From: Phycisphaeraceae bacterium
Lineage (GTDB): Bacteria; Planctomycetota; Phycisphaerae; Phycisphaerales; Phycisphaeraceae
Length of the DNA: 64,000 nt
Assembly: GCA_029260635.1 (NCBI GenBank)
Contig: JAJDCW010000038.1
Location: forward strand, 745-64,744
Reading direction: 5' to 3'
Both the position numbers and the translations under genes were made by a program. The notes under the pieces were generated by a model, which did not search any database, was not told where the DNA came from, and saw only the letters and a list, made by a program, of their open reading frames with translations. Shown piece after piece: positions 36,129 to 46,219 of the stretch (its first letter is position 1; the number at the start of each line of letters is the position of its first letter).

Positions 36129-36160
36129 TCGCTTCACGCGTTATCCAGTAACATTATCTA

Positions 36161-37369
36161 TCATCGCAGTTTGATCGTCGCCAGCGCGATCGCGGTCAGC
36201 AGTGCGCTGATCAGCCAGAACCGCACGACGACCTGCTGCTCGGTCCAGCCCGAGAGATGGAAGTGGTGGTGGATGGGGGCACACTTGAAGATGCGCTTAC
36301 CGCCGGTGGCCTTGAAGTAGCCGACCTGCAGCAGGACGCTGAGCACCTCCATCAGGAAGACGCCGCCGATGACCATGAGCAGGAACTCCTGGCGGATAAC
36401 GACGGCGATATATCCCAACAGGCCCCCAAGCGGCAGCGAGCCCGAGTCTCCCATGAAGACCTGCGCGGGGGAGCAGTTAAACCACAGGAAGCCGAGGCAG
36501 GCCCCGACCATGGCCCCCGCGACGATGGCAAGCTCGTCGCTGAACGGGATGTGCGGGACGAGCAGTTTCTTGGCGAGCACGAAGTCGCCGTCGGTGTAGC
36601 CCGCGATGATGCAGAGCACGACGAAGGCAAACGCGACGATCACCATGTTCCCCGCAGCGAGCCCGTCCATACCGTCGGTGAGGTTTACGGCATTGGACGA
36701 GTACGTGATAATAAAAATCGTCAGGAGGACGAACTGCCATGTGCCCAGGACGATCAGATAGGGGGACGGGACGTATGCCCCGTCCTGAAAGACCCAGGTT
36801 TTCAGTAGTGGAAGTGTCAGGCTGTGGCTCATGACCTGTTCATTGGGGTCGGGGAACAGGACGCTGTTGTTGCCCCAGTGATGGATAAACAGGCCAAGGA
36901 TCACCGCGAGCCCAAGTTGGAGCAGGAGTTTTTCACCGGAATAGAAGCCGTGGCGCGAGCCGGGCTTGCGGCGAGCGGTGGTGAGCTTCAGCCAGTCATC
37001 GACGAAGCCGACCAGGAATAGATAGATCAGGCAGACCAGGGCCATGATGACGTAGAAGCTGTCCAGGTCCGCAAGCAGGACGGTCGAGACAAAGATCGCA
37101 AAGGCGATCAGGATCCCGCCCATCGTTGGGGTGTTTTTCTTCTGCTTCATCAACTGGTCGAGTTCTTTGTGATCGAAGCTTGGGTTGTCGCCGATTTTCT
37201 GTTTGACCAGCCACCGTATCGTGCGCTTGGCGAAGAGGACGACAATCAGGAAGCTCAAAACGATCGAGAGGATGGCCCGGAACTCGACCCAGCGGAAGAC
37301 GCCCAGCGGACCCAGCACGGGGCTGTTGTCAATAGTTTCCTGGAGGTATTGAACGAGCAGGTAGATCAT
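36161..37369 (-). CDS. mraY: phospho-N-acetylmuramoyl-pentapeptide transferase
   Basis: Motifs NAVNLTDGMDGLA, VFMGDSGSLPLGG and APIHHHF. Ten-TM layout. Confidence 0.95.
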   Translation of the reverse strand: MIYLLVQYLQETIDNSPVLGPLGVFRWVEFRAILSIVLSFLIVVLFAKRTIRWLVKQKIGDNPSFDHKELDQLMKQKKNTPTMGGILIAFAIFVSTVLLADLDSFYVIMALVCLIYLFLVGFVDDWLKLTTARRKPGSRHGFYSGEKLLLQLGLAVILGLFIHHWGNNSVLFPDPNEQVMSHSLTLPLLKTWVFQDGAYVPSPYLIVLGTWQFVLLTIFIITYSSNAVNLTDGMDGLAAGNMVIVAFAFVVLCIIAGYTDGDFVLAKKLLVPHIPFSDELAIVAGAMVGACLGFLWFNCSPAQVFMGDSGSLPLGGLLGYIAVVIRQEFLLMVIGGVFLMEVLSVLLQVGYFKATGGKRIFKCAPIHHHFHLSGWTEQQVVVRFWLISALLTAIALATIKLR

Positions 37370-37430
37370 GGCGGGGCAGTTTGATCTTTATAGGTGTCTG
37401 TTGCAAGTAAATCGGTGGCGGGTTCGGTTG

Positions 37431-38870
37431 CTATTCTAGGGTCTGATCGGTAAATCGGCCGTCTATGGCGGGCAGGAGTATTTCTAATTGCATACCCCGG
37501 GAGCCTTTGAGCAGGACCACGTCGTTGGGCCGGATCAGATCAACGATGTTGGCGTGATTCGATTCAGACATCTCAGGGTGGTAGGTCACGTGATCTACGT
37601 GACCGGCTCGGCAGAGTTCGTCGTGGGTCCATGCCATCAGGGGGCCGAGAAGTACGGCACGATGGAGTATTCCTGATGTGAAGAGTTTGTTCAAGGTTTG
37701 CCCGACTTCGCGGTGGGACGATTCGGCGATGTCGCCCAGTTCGAGCATATCGCCCAGGATCACCATACGTCGGCCGCTGGTGCCGGGAGCGTAATCGGCC
37801 AGGACATGCAGGGCGGCCCGGGCAGAGTCGGGGTTCGCGTTGTAAGAGTCGTCGATGAGCGTGACATGACCAAACCGCTTGACTTCCAGCCGGCCCGGCA
37901 TAGGCGAGACGACTTCCAGGGCGGATTTAATCTTCGACACGGGCACGCGCATCGCCCGTCCGACCACGACGGCTGCCATGGCGTTAAGGCGGTCGTGAGG
38001 CGCGATCAATGGGAGGCGTATCGTGGCGCCGCCGACAATTAACGATTGTCGGGCTTGCTTTAATTGATCTGGCGTCGCCTCGTTACCGTCGCCGCCATAG
38101 ACGGTGATGTTTGTCTTGGGGTTAAACGATGGCGCCTTGCGGACCCATTGATACGCATCCGATTCGATGAACACCGGGCCCCGATCGGGCAGGTGACGGG
38201 TGATGGCTGCTTCTTCGTTTGCGACGCCGTTGAGGTCGCCAAAGAACTCCATGTGTTCTTTGCCGATGCAGGTGATGACAGCGGAGTCGGGCTGTAGCAG
38301 TTCACCCAAGGCGTCGATCTCGCCTGGGTGATTGGTGCCGACCTCGGCCACGAGGAAATCGTCATCCAGTGACGCGCCGAGCAGTGTGAGCGGGACACCG
38401 AGGTGGTTATTAAAACTCTTGGGTGATTGGGTCCCCTTGAGCGCGGATGAAAGGACCGCGTGTATCAGGTGACGTGTTGTTGTTTTTCCATTTGAGCCGA
38501 CCACGGCGATGATGTGACAACCCGAAGCGCGTAGTTCTTTCCGGTAGGCTATAGCCAGCTGTTGCAATGCGGCAACGGTGTTGTCAACCAGAAGCAGCCC
38601 GGCATCCTGTCGACTGCTCTCACCATCATATTTTTCGGCGATGATGATAGAAGCGCCGGCGTCAATTGCCTTGTTAATGAACTGATGCCCGTCGAACTGG
38701 TCGCCCTTGACCGCGAGGAAAGCCCGGCCGGGCTTGATGGTTCTCGAGTCGATGCCAAGACCCATGAGTAATTGTTCTGGATCGGTGGGGGGCGTGAGCC
38801 ATCGGCCGTGTGTGACGTCTTGGATCCATGCAGGCGTCCAGATGTTTTTGGTCACGATGTTGGAGGTCAT
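37431..38870 (-). CDS. murF: UDP-N-acetylmuramoyl-tripeptide--D-alanyl-D-alanine ligase
   Basis: The Mur ligase P-loop VVGSNGKTTT, the position between murE and mraY, and a 4-nt overlap with murE. Confidence 0.9.
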   Translation of the reverse strand: MTSNIVTKNIWTPAWIQDVTHGRWLTPPTDPEQLLMGLGIDSRTIKPGRAFLAVKGDQFDGHQFINKAIDAGASIIIAEKYDGESSRQDAGLLLVDNTVAALQQLAIAYRKELRASGCHIIAVVGSNGKTTTRHLIHAVLSSALKGTQSPKSFNNHLGVPLTLLGASLDDDFLVAEVGTNHPGEIDALGELLQPDSAVITCIGKEHMEFFGDLNGVANEEAAITRHLPDRGPVFIESDAYQWVRKAPSFNPKTNITVYGGDGNEATPDQLKQARQSLIVGGATIRLPLIAPHDRLNAMAAVVVGRAMRVPVSKIKSALEVVSPMPGRLEVKRFGHVTLIDDSYNANPDSARAALHVLADYAPGTSGRRMVILGDMLELGDIAESSHREVGQTLNKLFTSGILHRAVLLGPLMAWTHDELCRAGHVDHVTYHPEMSESNHANIVDLIRPNDVVLLKGSRGMQLEILLPAIDGRFTDQTLE

Positions 38871-40465
38871 CGCTGGACCGCCTTCTGGGTTACCCAGGCC
38901 TTGAGCGCTTTCAAGGCGTGCTCACGGTCATCGAAGTGGATGTTATCCGTGCCGATGGTCTGGTAGTCCTCGTGTCCTTTGCCGGCCAGGAGTACGGTGT
39001 CGCCCTCCTGTCCAGCTAATACGCTCGCAAGGATGGCCGCGGCGCGGTCACTGATAATGGTCAGGTCGTCGCGTTTATCAGCGGGGACGCCTTCGGCCGC
39101 TTCCCTAATGATCTGCTCGGGGTCTTCGGTGCGTGGGTTATCCGAGGTGAGGAAGACCTTGTCTGCCAATTGACTGGCCGCCTTGGCCATGAGTGGGCGT
39201 TTGCTATTATCGCGGTCTCCGCCACAACCGAACATGACGATCAGTCTTCCCCGGGTCACCGGGCGCAGCGCGGACAGTGCGTTGACCAAGGCGTCGGGCG
39301 TGTGTGCATAGTCAACAAGTACTGCCGGCGGTTCGGCCCCGGAAATAACTTCGGTATCGTCGGCCGGTGAAAAAACCACCTTTTCGAGCCGCCCGGGTAC
39401 CTGCGGGATCGACTCCAGTGCTTCGATGAGTGTTTCTGACAAGTCGGTGATCGAGTGTGCCGCGGCAATGGCTTGCAGGGTGTTGCAGATATTGTGCCCA
39501 CCCACCAGCGGCAGGTCTGCTTTTACATCCCCCCAGGGCCCCGTAAATCGAGCGGTGCTGTCACCGGCCCGGAGCGTTACCTCAAAGGCGCGCGCGATGA
39601 TCTTTGATTTATCTGTTACGGATTCACTCAACGTGGTCCACCAGGCGGGTCCCCGCCGATCAGCGAGGACCTGCACCACATAGGGATCGTCCAGGTTCAG
39701 GATGGCGTGGCCGTCAGGCGCGAGTAGTTGGAAGAGGATCGACTTGGCCCCGGCGTAGGCGTCCATCGTCTTGTGGTAATCAAGGTGGTCCTGGGTGAGG
39801 TTGGTGAAGACAGCGGTCTTAAATGTTAAAGCACCGGTCCGCCCCTGTTCCAAGGCGTGGCTTGAGACCTCAGCGACGACGGCTTTGCAGCCCGCGTCGG
39901 CCATGCGCGCGAGCTCGCGTGAGAACTGGATCGCGCCGGGTGTCGTGAGGCTGGCGGATCGTCGGCCGGTTTCGGTGCCGTCGTCGGTGTGTATCGTGCC
40001 GATCACACCGGTTTGTACGCCGGCATGCCGGAGCAGGTGCTGGATCAGCAGGGAGGTGGTGGTCTTGCCATTGGTCCCCGTGATGCCGATCAGCCCAAGC
40101 TTCTTGGCCGGTTCACCAAAGAATCGTTCGGCCAGCATGCCCGCCAGCCGCTGATCGACCTGGTCGTGATGGAACCAGGGGATAGTGGTCGGGATGTTGG
40201 GGTAATCGATGGACTCACTGATGACAGCCGACGCACCGTTATTCAGTGCCTGCCGGACGTGTTCTGCCTGCTGGTGTGACCGTCCGCGTGAGATGAACAG
40301 GCTTCCCGCCGTGATGATTCTGGAATCGTCGGTCAGGTCGGTGACGAGCGCGTCTTTCGGTCCGGCGTGGTGGCGGAGCCCTAAGCCCTGAATGAGTGGG
40401 TCTAATCTCATGACGGTCAAGCCTTTGGGGCCGGTGTTGGCTGGCATTTCGATACTGCCAGTCAT
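38867..40465 (-). CDS. murE: UDP-N-acetylmuramoyl-L-alanyl-D-glutamate--2,6-diaminopimelate ligase
   Basis: P-loop GITGTNGKTTT and the DNPR motif (TSDNPRTEDP), which is typical of meso-DAP-adding MurE. Confidence 0.9.
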   Translation of the reverse strand: MTGSIEMPANTGPKGLTVMRLDPLIQGLGLRHHAGPKDALVTDLTDDSRIITAGSLFISRGRSHQQAEHVRQALNNGASAVISESIDYPNIPTTIPWFHHDQVDQRLAGMLAERFFGEPAKKLGLIGITGTNGKTTTSLLIQHLLRHAGVQTGVIGTIHTDDGTETGRRSASLTTPGAIQFSRELARMADAGCKAVVAEVSSHALEQGRTGALTFKTAVFTNLTQDHLDYHKTMDAYAGAKSILFQLLAPDGHAILNLDDPYVVQVLADRRGPAWWTTLSESVTDKSKIIARAFEVTLRAGDSTARFTGPWGDVKADLPLVGGHNICNTLQAIAAAHSITDLSETLIEALESIPQVPGRLEKVVFSPADDTEVISGAEPPAVLVDYAHTPDALVNALSALRPVTRGRLIVMFGCGGDRDNSKRPLMAKAASQLADKVFLTSDNPRTEDPEQIIREAAEGVPADKRDDLTIISDRAAAILASVLAGQEGDTVLLAGKGHEDYQTIGTDNIHFDDREHALKALKAWVTQKAVQR

Positions 40466-40668
40466 ACGGTCAAAGGTACATATTATCGGTCAGAGATCGG
40501 AGAGCGAATCAAACTTTAGGCATCGGAGAGGACCCGGGTAGTTCATTTCGAGGTACCGATTTGTGTTCGCCGCCGCGATAAGCCGTGTTGAGCTCTCAGC
40601 GTTGCTTGAACCGGAGAGATGTTTGTACCTGTTTCGCCCGAGAACGTCCCCGCCAGGGAGTGCCGGTC

Positions 40669-40899
40669 TCAGGCGCAGGCCCGGGTGATCGAGGCGGGGG
40701 CGATGCCTTCACGGACCCAGACGCTGGTTCTGCCGCGGTGGCCCTGGACGGTCGTGAGCCGGCGGAGGTAGGTCCGCAGCGCCTCTTCATCAAACTTAAC
40801 CAGGAAGTCGCTCGATGCCGAGCGGTTACGTTGACGGATGAGGTCGATCATTTGCTGCTTGCTCATGCCTTGCTCCGATGGCGTTAACTTGTCATGCAT
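40669..40899 (-). CDS. small hypothetical protein (76 aa)
   Basis: A protein-like amphipathic sequence (MSKQQMIDLIRQRNRSASSDFLVKFDEEALRTYLRRL) that occupies most of the murE upstream gap. No known motif. Confidence 0.35.
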   Translation of the reverse strand: MHDKLTPSEQGMSKQQMIDLIRQRNRSASSDFLVKFDEEALRTYLRRLTTVQGHRGRTSVWVREGIAPASITRACA

Positions 40900-41158
40900 G
40901 GGTCGTGAAGAGATGACCCATCGCGACGTGACTTCCCGTCGCCCGCCTTGGATCGGACAGCTTTGCGCGATGTCTTGAGGGTGTAACTTCAGCGGACCAA
41001 AGATCGTGTCGAAGCCGGTGGGTTATTCGTAGCGAATTGTGTTGATCCCGTATGGCTGTTGTGTCCGAATATATCTATCGGCGACCGCTTATGATCCAGT
41101 TGATGGTCTGTGGTTCGGGCTTGATCGAGTATTTGTATACCGGTAGGAGATTCGTTTC

Positions 41159-42364
41159 ATGGCGTTGATCGTTCACAGCCCGCACGACGGCCAGGAGGTC
41201 AAGGTCCGTGACCAGGACCTTCAGCGTGCGATCCGGGACAGTGAAGGCCGTATCTTTTATGCGGTTAAGCGCAGCGACGGTCAGGGCTACTACGGTTCCT
41301 TCACACGCAAAGGGTCTGATAAGGATGAGCAGCGCTACCTGGATATGCTTGAGAAGACGCAGCGGGCCCGTGAGGTCGGCGCAGAGCTTTCGGCGCAGCA
41401 GGTCCACGACGCGACCGGCAAACCGGCGGGGCCAGGCATCATGCGCTGGATTTTATTATTGGTCGTTGCGGCATTGATCGCCGCCATATCCTGGTATGTG
41501 TTTAGTTCCGATAAGTTAAATGGCGGAGGAGGCCAATCGTCACCCGGTAGGCAACAGCCTCCGGCCGTTCCCGGGGGCTCATCCGGGACCGCGGATTTAG
41601 GCATCCGTTCCTGGCTGGCATCGAACACATCGGGTATGCGAGAGGGTGCCTATCGGGCGCACTTCATCGGGACATCCTCGGGGTTGCACTATTCCGTTCT
41701 TCGGCCGGGCACCGGTGAGGTTGCCGCCGCGGGCCGTTACGTCCAGATCCACTACACCGCTTCGACGTTGTCCGGCGAGCTGTTCGACCGATCAGTGGAA
41801 GACAGGCCGGTGGGCTATGTCTTGTGGTCCGGTCGTGTGCCCCGTGGATTGGACGAGGGCGTGGCCGGGATGCGTGTGGGGGAGAAACGCCGACTGGTGC
41901 TGCCATTGGAGCTTATGGCGGGGCCTTACCCCGGGGACGTGGTCCTGCCGGATACGCCTCTGGTTTTCGATATCGAATTGGTTGGTGTGCTCCCCGGGAT
42001 ACGGTCTGTCATGAATGAGCCCGGTCGGGGGGCGATCGCACGCCCGGGTGACACGGTTCAGGTTCATTACAAGGCCTTCCTCGGCCGCGATACGGAGGCC
42101 TATGACGACACCTATGACCGGGCTGAGCCGGCTGAATACCGTATCGGCACAGGTGAGGTGATTCAGGGGTGGGAGCTTGGGGTGGTCGGGATGGCAGAGG
42201 GCGAGACCCGGACCATCGAGATCCCCGCGTATTTAGGCTACGGCCCACGCGGTGCCGCGGGGGTGATCCCGCCTGGTTCCAGCCTGCGGTACACCATCGA
42301 ATTGCTTCAGGTGACCGGTCCGGCCACACGGCACATCGATATCAGTCTTGCACAGGGCAACTAA
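41159..42364 (+). CDS. membrane-anchored peptidyl-prolyl isomerase with two FKBP domains
   Basis: FKBP_C signatures GEKRRLVLPLEL...LVFDIELVGV and GETRTIEIPAYLGYG...LRYTIELLQV. A TM helix at about residues 98-118 follows an unassigned 95-aa N-terminal domain. Confidence 0.85.
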   Translation: MALIVHSPHDGQEVKVRDQDLQRAIRDSEGRIFYAVKRSDGQGYYGSFTRKGSDKDEQRYLDMLEKTQRAREVGAELSAQQVHDATGKPAGPGIMRWILLLVVAALIAAISWYVFSSDKLNGGGGQSSPGRQQPPAVPGGSSGTADLGIRSWLASNTSGMREGAYRAHFIGTSSGLHYSVLRPGTGEVAAAGRYVQIHYTASTLSGELFDRSVEDRPVGYVLWSGRVPRGLDEGVAGMRVGEKRRLVLPLELMAGPYPGDVVLPDTPLVFDIELVGVLPGIRSVMNEPGRGAIARPGDTVQVHYKAFLGRDTEAYDDTYDRAEPAEYRIGTGEVIQGWELGVVGMAEGETRTIEIPAYLGYGPRGAAGVIPPGSSLRYTIELLQVTGPATRHIDISLAQGN

Positions 42365-42430
42365 GATAATCTGTCCGCATTGTATATCGGGTGTGCTGAT
42401 GGATATTGCATAACAAGCTACACTCTTGGC

Positions 42431-44179
42431 ATGGTCAAGCGGATCGTTGCGATCATCCTGGTGATGTTCTCCGTGCCACTGATTATCGGTGTGGGCGACC
42501 CCATGCCCAGGGCGGACTTCGTTTTTGTCGAGAGCGCCGAGTACAACAGCCGTGACCCGCAGCGGATGACCTACCTGGCCGACATCAGGCTGGCCGGGCG
42601 GTTGTTTGAGACGCTGGTCGATCTGAACTTCGACGACATGTCGCGCAACCCCGCCGCCGCCGAGCGTTGGGAAGTGTCAGAAGACGGCCGGACCTACACG
42701 TTCTATATCCGAAACGACGCCTACTGGTCCAACGGCGACCCGTTGACGGCCCACGACTACATCTACGCCTGGCGCCGCGCCATCATCCCGGATACGGCGG
42801 CGGGCTACGCCTTCTTCCTCTTCGCGATCGAGGGCGCTCAGGATTTTTACAACTTCCGAGAAACACAGCTCGAAGCCTATGTGGAAGAAACGAAGGAGAC
42901 CGGCGGTAGCGAGGAACGGGCGACGGAACTGTGGGTCGAGGCTTTAGAGAAATGTGACGAGATGGTCCGCATGCGTGCGGTCGATGACAAGACAATCGAA
43001 CTGACCATCAACCAGCGTACGGATTATTTTCTGGACCTGGTCGCCTTCGCGACCTACATGCCGGTCCATCGGGCGAGTGTCGAGGCGGGTGTGACCTACA
43101 ACGCCGAGTCCGGCACACGCATGGACGACCCGACCTATTGGAATGACCCCGAAAGGCTGATCTCCAACGGGCCGTACGTCCTGAACAAACGCAAGTTCCG
43201 ACAGTACAGCTACCTCACCGCTAACCCGTATTACTGGAACCGTGGTGCATTAAAGAACCAATCGCTATTAGCACGCATCATCGCCGACGATATGGCGATG
43301 CTGATGGCGTACGACCAGGGCGTGGTTGACTATGTGCCGCTGGTCTCGACCGGGACGGCACACGACCTGGTCGCTGACGAGCGGAATGACGTGCATGTGG
43401 TGCCGTTGGCCGGGACCTATATCTACAACTTCAATTGCCTGCCCAAGCTAAAGAATGGTGATCCCAATCCGCTGGCGGATTGGCGTGTGAGGCGGGCGCT
43501 GAGTAGCGCCATTGACCGCAGACAACTCGGCGAGAGGGTAACACGTCTGAACGAACCACCGGCCTATAGCTTTGTGCCGCCGGGTTCTTGCGCCGGCTAT
43601 GAGCCACCGGTGGAGGCGTCGCCCGTGTTTGATCCGGAAGCGGGGAAAGCCTTGTTGAAGGAGGCGGGCTACGTCGACGGCTCAAAGGTCAAGGGGTTGA
43701 GCATCCTATACAACACCGGTTCCGGCCATGAGAACATCGCGCAGGCGGTTAAGAATATGTGGCAGGAACACCTGGGGGTGGTCGTGACGCTTGAGGGCGT
43801 AGAATCAAAGATCAGCTCACAGCGTGGCCGCAGCCAGGACTACACGATCCGCAGAGCGGGTTGGTACGGGGATTACGCCGACCCGACCTCGTGGCTGGAC
43901 ATCCGTTCCAGTAAGGATGAGAACAATACGACCAAATGGAGCAACCTCGAGTTCGATGCTTTGCTTGCCAAAGCGGCTCTATCTGCGGACCCGGTCAAGC
44001 GGATGGTTTACCTCCAAGATGCTGAGGCCATCATGCTCAAGGAATGCCCGCAGGCTGTTTTGTTTCACTATGTCGGGGTGTCGCTGTTTGACCCGGACAG
44101 GGTTAAGGGGCTGGTCCCTAATGCGTGGACGCGGGACAGGTTCGAGCAGGTCTACACGGTTGATCAGGGTGGGGATTAA
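42431..44179 (+). CDS. ABC transporter substrate-binding protein, family 5 (oligopeptide/dipeptide type)
   Basis: SBP_bac_5 layout (WSNGDPLTAHDYIYAWRR, NPYYWN). N-terminal TM/signal anchor MVKRIVAIILVMF. Confidence 0.85.
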   Translation: MVKRIVAIILVMFSVPLIIGVGDPMPRADFVFVESAEYNSRDPQRMTYLADIRLAGRLFETLVDLNFDDMSRNPAAAERWEVSEDGRTYTFYIRNDAYWSNGDPLTAHDYIYAWRRAIIPDTAAGYAFFLFAIEGAQDFYNFRETQLEAYVEETKETGGSEERATELWVEALEKCDEMVRMRAVDDKTIELTINQRTDYFLDLVAFATYMPVHRASVEAGVTYNAESGTRMDDPTYWNDPERLISNGPYVLNKRKFRQYSYLTANPYYWNRGALKNQSLLARIIADDMAMLMAYDQGVVDYVPLVSTGTAHDLVADERNDVHVVPLAGTYIYNFNCLPKLKNGDPNPLADWRVRRALSSAIDRRQLGERVTRLNEPPAYSFVPPGSCAGYEPPVEASPVFDPEAGKALLKEAGYVDGSKVKGLSILYNTGSGHENIAQAVKNMWQEHLGVVVTLEGVESKISSQRGRSQDYTIRRAGWYGDYADPTSWLDIRSSKDENNTTKWSNLEFDALLAKAALSADPVKRMVYLQDAEAIMLKECPQAVLFHYVGVSLFDPDRVKGLVPNAWTRDRFEQVYTVDQGGD

Positions 44180-44197
44180 TACAGACGGGAGCGGTCG

Positions 44198-45139
44198 ATG
44201 GCACGGATGATCCTTTGGCGGCTGGTGCAGTTCCCACTGATCCTTGGCGCGATCTTTGTCGTGACGCTGACGCTGGCATGGATCGTGCCGGGCGATCCTT
44301 TGGACACGGATGACGGTCGGGAGATCGCGCCGGAGATCAAGGCGGCGATGCTCAAGCAGTACAACATGGATGAAGGCCCCGTTAAATTCGGGGTCAGCTA
44401 CCTCAAGGGCCTTGTGTTTGGTACGGATCGCGGTTGGCCAGACTTCGGCCCGTCGCTTGCTTACAAAGAAGAGCGGGTTTCAGACATGATCATGGACAGC
44501 CTGCCCGTGAGCATCATGCTCGGGTCGTCGGCGCTGGCGGTGGCGTTGTTCATCGGGACCGTGTCGGGCGTGATCGGTGCGTTAAGACCGGGCAGTGCGT
44601 TAGACCTGTCGAGTCTCGCAGTGGCGTTGTTGGGTATCAGCCTGCCGAATTTTGTGACCGGATCGATCCTGTTGGCCGTATTCGCCGGAGCGTGGGGTTG
44701 GTTCCCCGCCGGGGGGTGGGACTCGTCCTGGCACATGGTGTTGCCGGCGGTGACGCTGGGCATCGCGCCGGCTGCTTACATCGCACGGCTGGTCAGGTTA
44801 GGCCTGGCGGACATCATGTCCAGCGACTACATCCGCACCGCACGCGCCAAAGGCCTGTCACAACACAGGGCACTCTTCGAGCACGCGCTGAAGGTAGCTT
44901 ACCTGCCAGTATTAAGTTTCATGGGGCCGGCGGCGGCGAGCGTGATGACAGGTTCATTCGTCATCGAGAAACTATTCAACATACCCGGCATGGGCGATCA
45001 CTTCGTCAAGTCTGTCATCAACAAGGACCAGTTCCTGATCCTCGGCGTCGTGCTGACGTTCTCGACGATGCTGGTATTGTTTAATTTGATCGTCGATGTT
45101 GCGTACGCATGGATAGACCCGCGTATCGATCTGGCGTGA
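44198..45139 (+). CDS. ABC transporter permease (OppB/DppB-like)
   Basis: Six TM helices. EAA-loop YIRTARAKGLSQHRALFEHALK. Confidence 0.85.
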   Translation: MARMILWRLVQFPLILGAIFVVTLTLAWIVPGDPLDTDDGREIAPEIKAAMLKQYNMDEGPVKFGVSYLKGLVFGTDRGWPDFGPSLAYKEERVSDMIMDSLPVSIMLGSSALAVALFIGTVSGVIGALRPGSALDLSSLAVALLGISLPNFVTGSILLAVFAGAWGWFPAGGWDSSWHMVLPAVTLGIAPAAYIARLVRLGLADIMSSDYIRTARAKGLSQHRALFEHALKVAYLPVLSFMGPAAASVMTGSFVIEKLFNIPGMGDHFVKSVINKDQFLILGVVLTFSTMLVLFNLIVDVAYAWIDPRIDLA

Positions 45140-45158
45140 CGCAGGCTCAGAGGGGGCA

Positions 45159-46181
45159 TTACTCTGGGGACGATTCTTGTTGTTTGGTTGATCGCCAGCC
45201 GCCCATTGCGCTGGACTTGCGTTTCTGCGAGACGATGACCAGGGCGACGCCAAACACAAACAGCAGGATGCTCAGCCACTGCCCGCGGGTGATGTGCAGC
45301 GTGGCAAATTCTTTATCGATCAGGTGCGCATCGGGCATGCGGAAGAACTCGTTAGAGATGCGCATGACGGCGTAGGTCATCGAAAAGGTTCCGGCGATCA
45401 CGCCCGGTTTGCGGGGCTTTATCCAGATGACCGCCAGCACCGCCAACACGATCAGGCCCTCCATCACGCCGGCGTAGAGCTGGGACGGGTGGCGTGCGGT
45501 CAGGAATGGTTCGACCGCTCGCCCGATCGTAACGTTGCCGTTGTGGATTAAATCAGCGAATGTCGGCCAATCCCATTCTGATAACCCGGGTACGATCGAG
45601 TCCGGCGGGGGGAGGGCCGCATAGATCTTGTTGAGTTGCTCGGCGTCGGCATCCAGCAGTTCCTGTGGAAACTTGACCGCCAGCGGGAAATCGGGGTCGC
45701 AGGGGCGCCCCAATAATTCGCCGTTGATGAAGTTTGCAACCCGACCGAAGAAGATGCCAAGTGGGGCGGTGAAGGCGAAAAGGTCGGTGAGGTAAAGGAA
45801 GTCGTGCTTGTTGCGCCGGGCGTAGTACAGGCACCCCAGCATCCCCCCGATCATACCGCCGTGGCTTGCCATACCGCCCTTGTTGATAGCGAGTACGTCC
45901 CAGAAGGGTGGCGTGGTTGAGAACTCTCCCAGCATCTCGGGTTTATACAGAAGCACATATCCCAGTCGCCCGCCCACAACGATACCGATGGCTACGGCCA
46001 TGACCAGGTCTGCAGCATTCTCCGGCTTGAGTGTTGAGGCGCCGACCCGGCAGACCCGTTTAACCATAAGAAAGGCGACAAGAAAACCGGCCAGGTACGA
46101 CAGCCCGTACCAGCGTATCGGGATCGGCCCCAACTCGATGAGGATCGGGCTTAGGTTGTGTAGCCATACCGCGAGTGTCAT
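45159..46181 (-). CDS. lgt: prolipoprotein diacylglyceryl transferase
   Basis: Motifs IRWYGLSYLAGF, GGRLGYVL, SHGGMIGG, FGRVANFINGELLGRP and HPSQLY. Confidence 0.9.
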   Translation of the reverse strand: MTLAVWLHNLSPILIELGPIPIRWYGLSYLAGFLVAFLMVKRVCRVGASTLKPENAADLVMAVAIGIVVGGRLGYVLLYKPEMLGEFSTTPPFWDVLAINKGGMASHGGMIGGMLGCLYYARRNKHDFLYLTDLFAFTAPLGIFFGRVANFINGELLGRPCDPDFPLAVKFPQELLDADAEQLNKIYAALPPPDSIVPGLSEWDWPTFADLIHNGNVTIGRAVEPFLTARHPSQLYAGVMEGLIVLAVLAVIWIKPRKPGVIAGTFSMTYAVMRISNEFFRMPDAHLIDKEFATLHITRGQWLSILLFVFGVALVIVSQKRKSSAMGGWRSTKQQESSPE

Positions 46182-46219
46182 GGTGGATCAATCGGGTGTC
46201 GGGGATCGTTACCGGCGTG

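Noticed and set aside
44434-45084. A 216-aa ORF in an alternative frame of the OppB-like permease.
   Set aside because: It is Arg/Gly-rich with no TM helices or motifs. The in-frame permease has six TM helices and the EAA loop.
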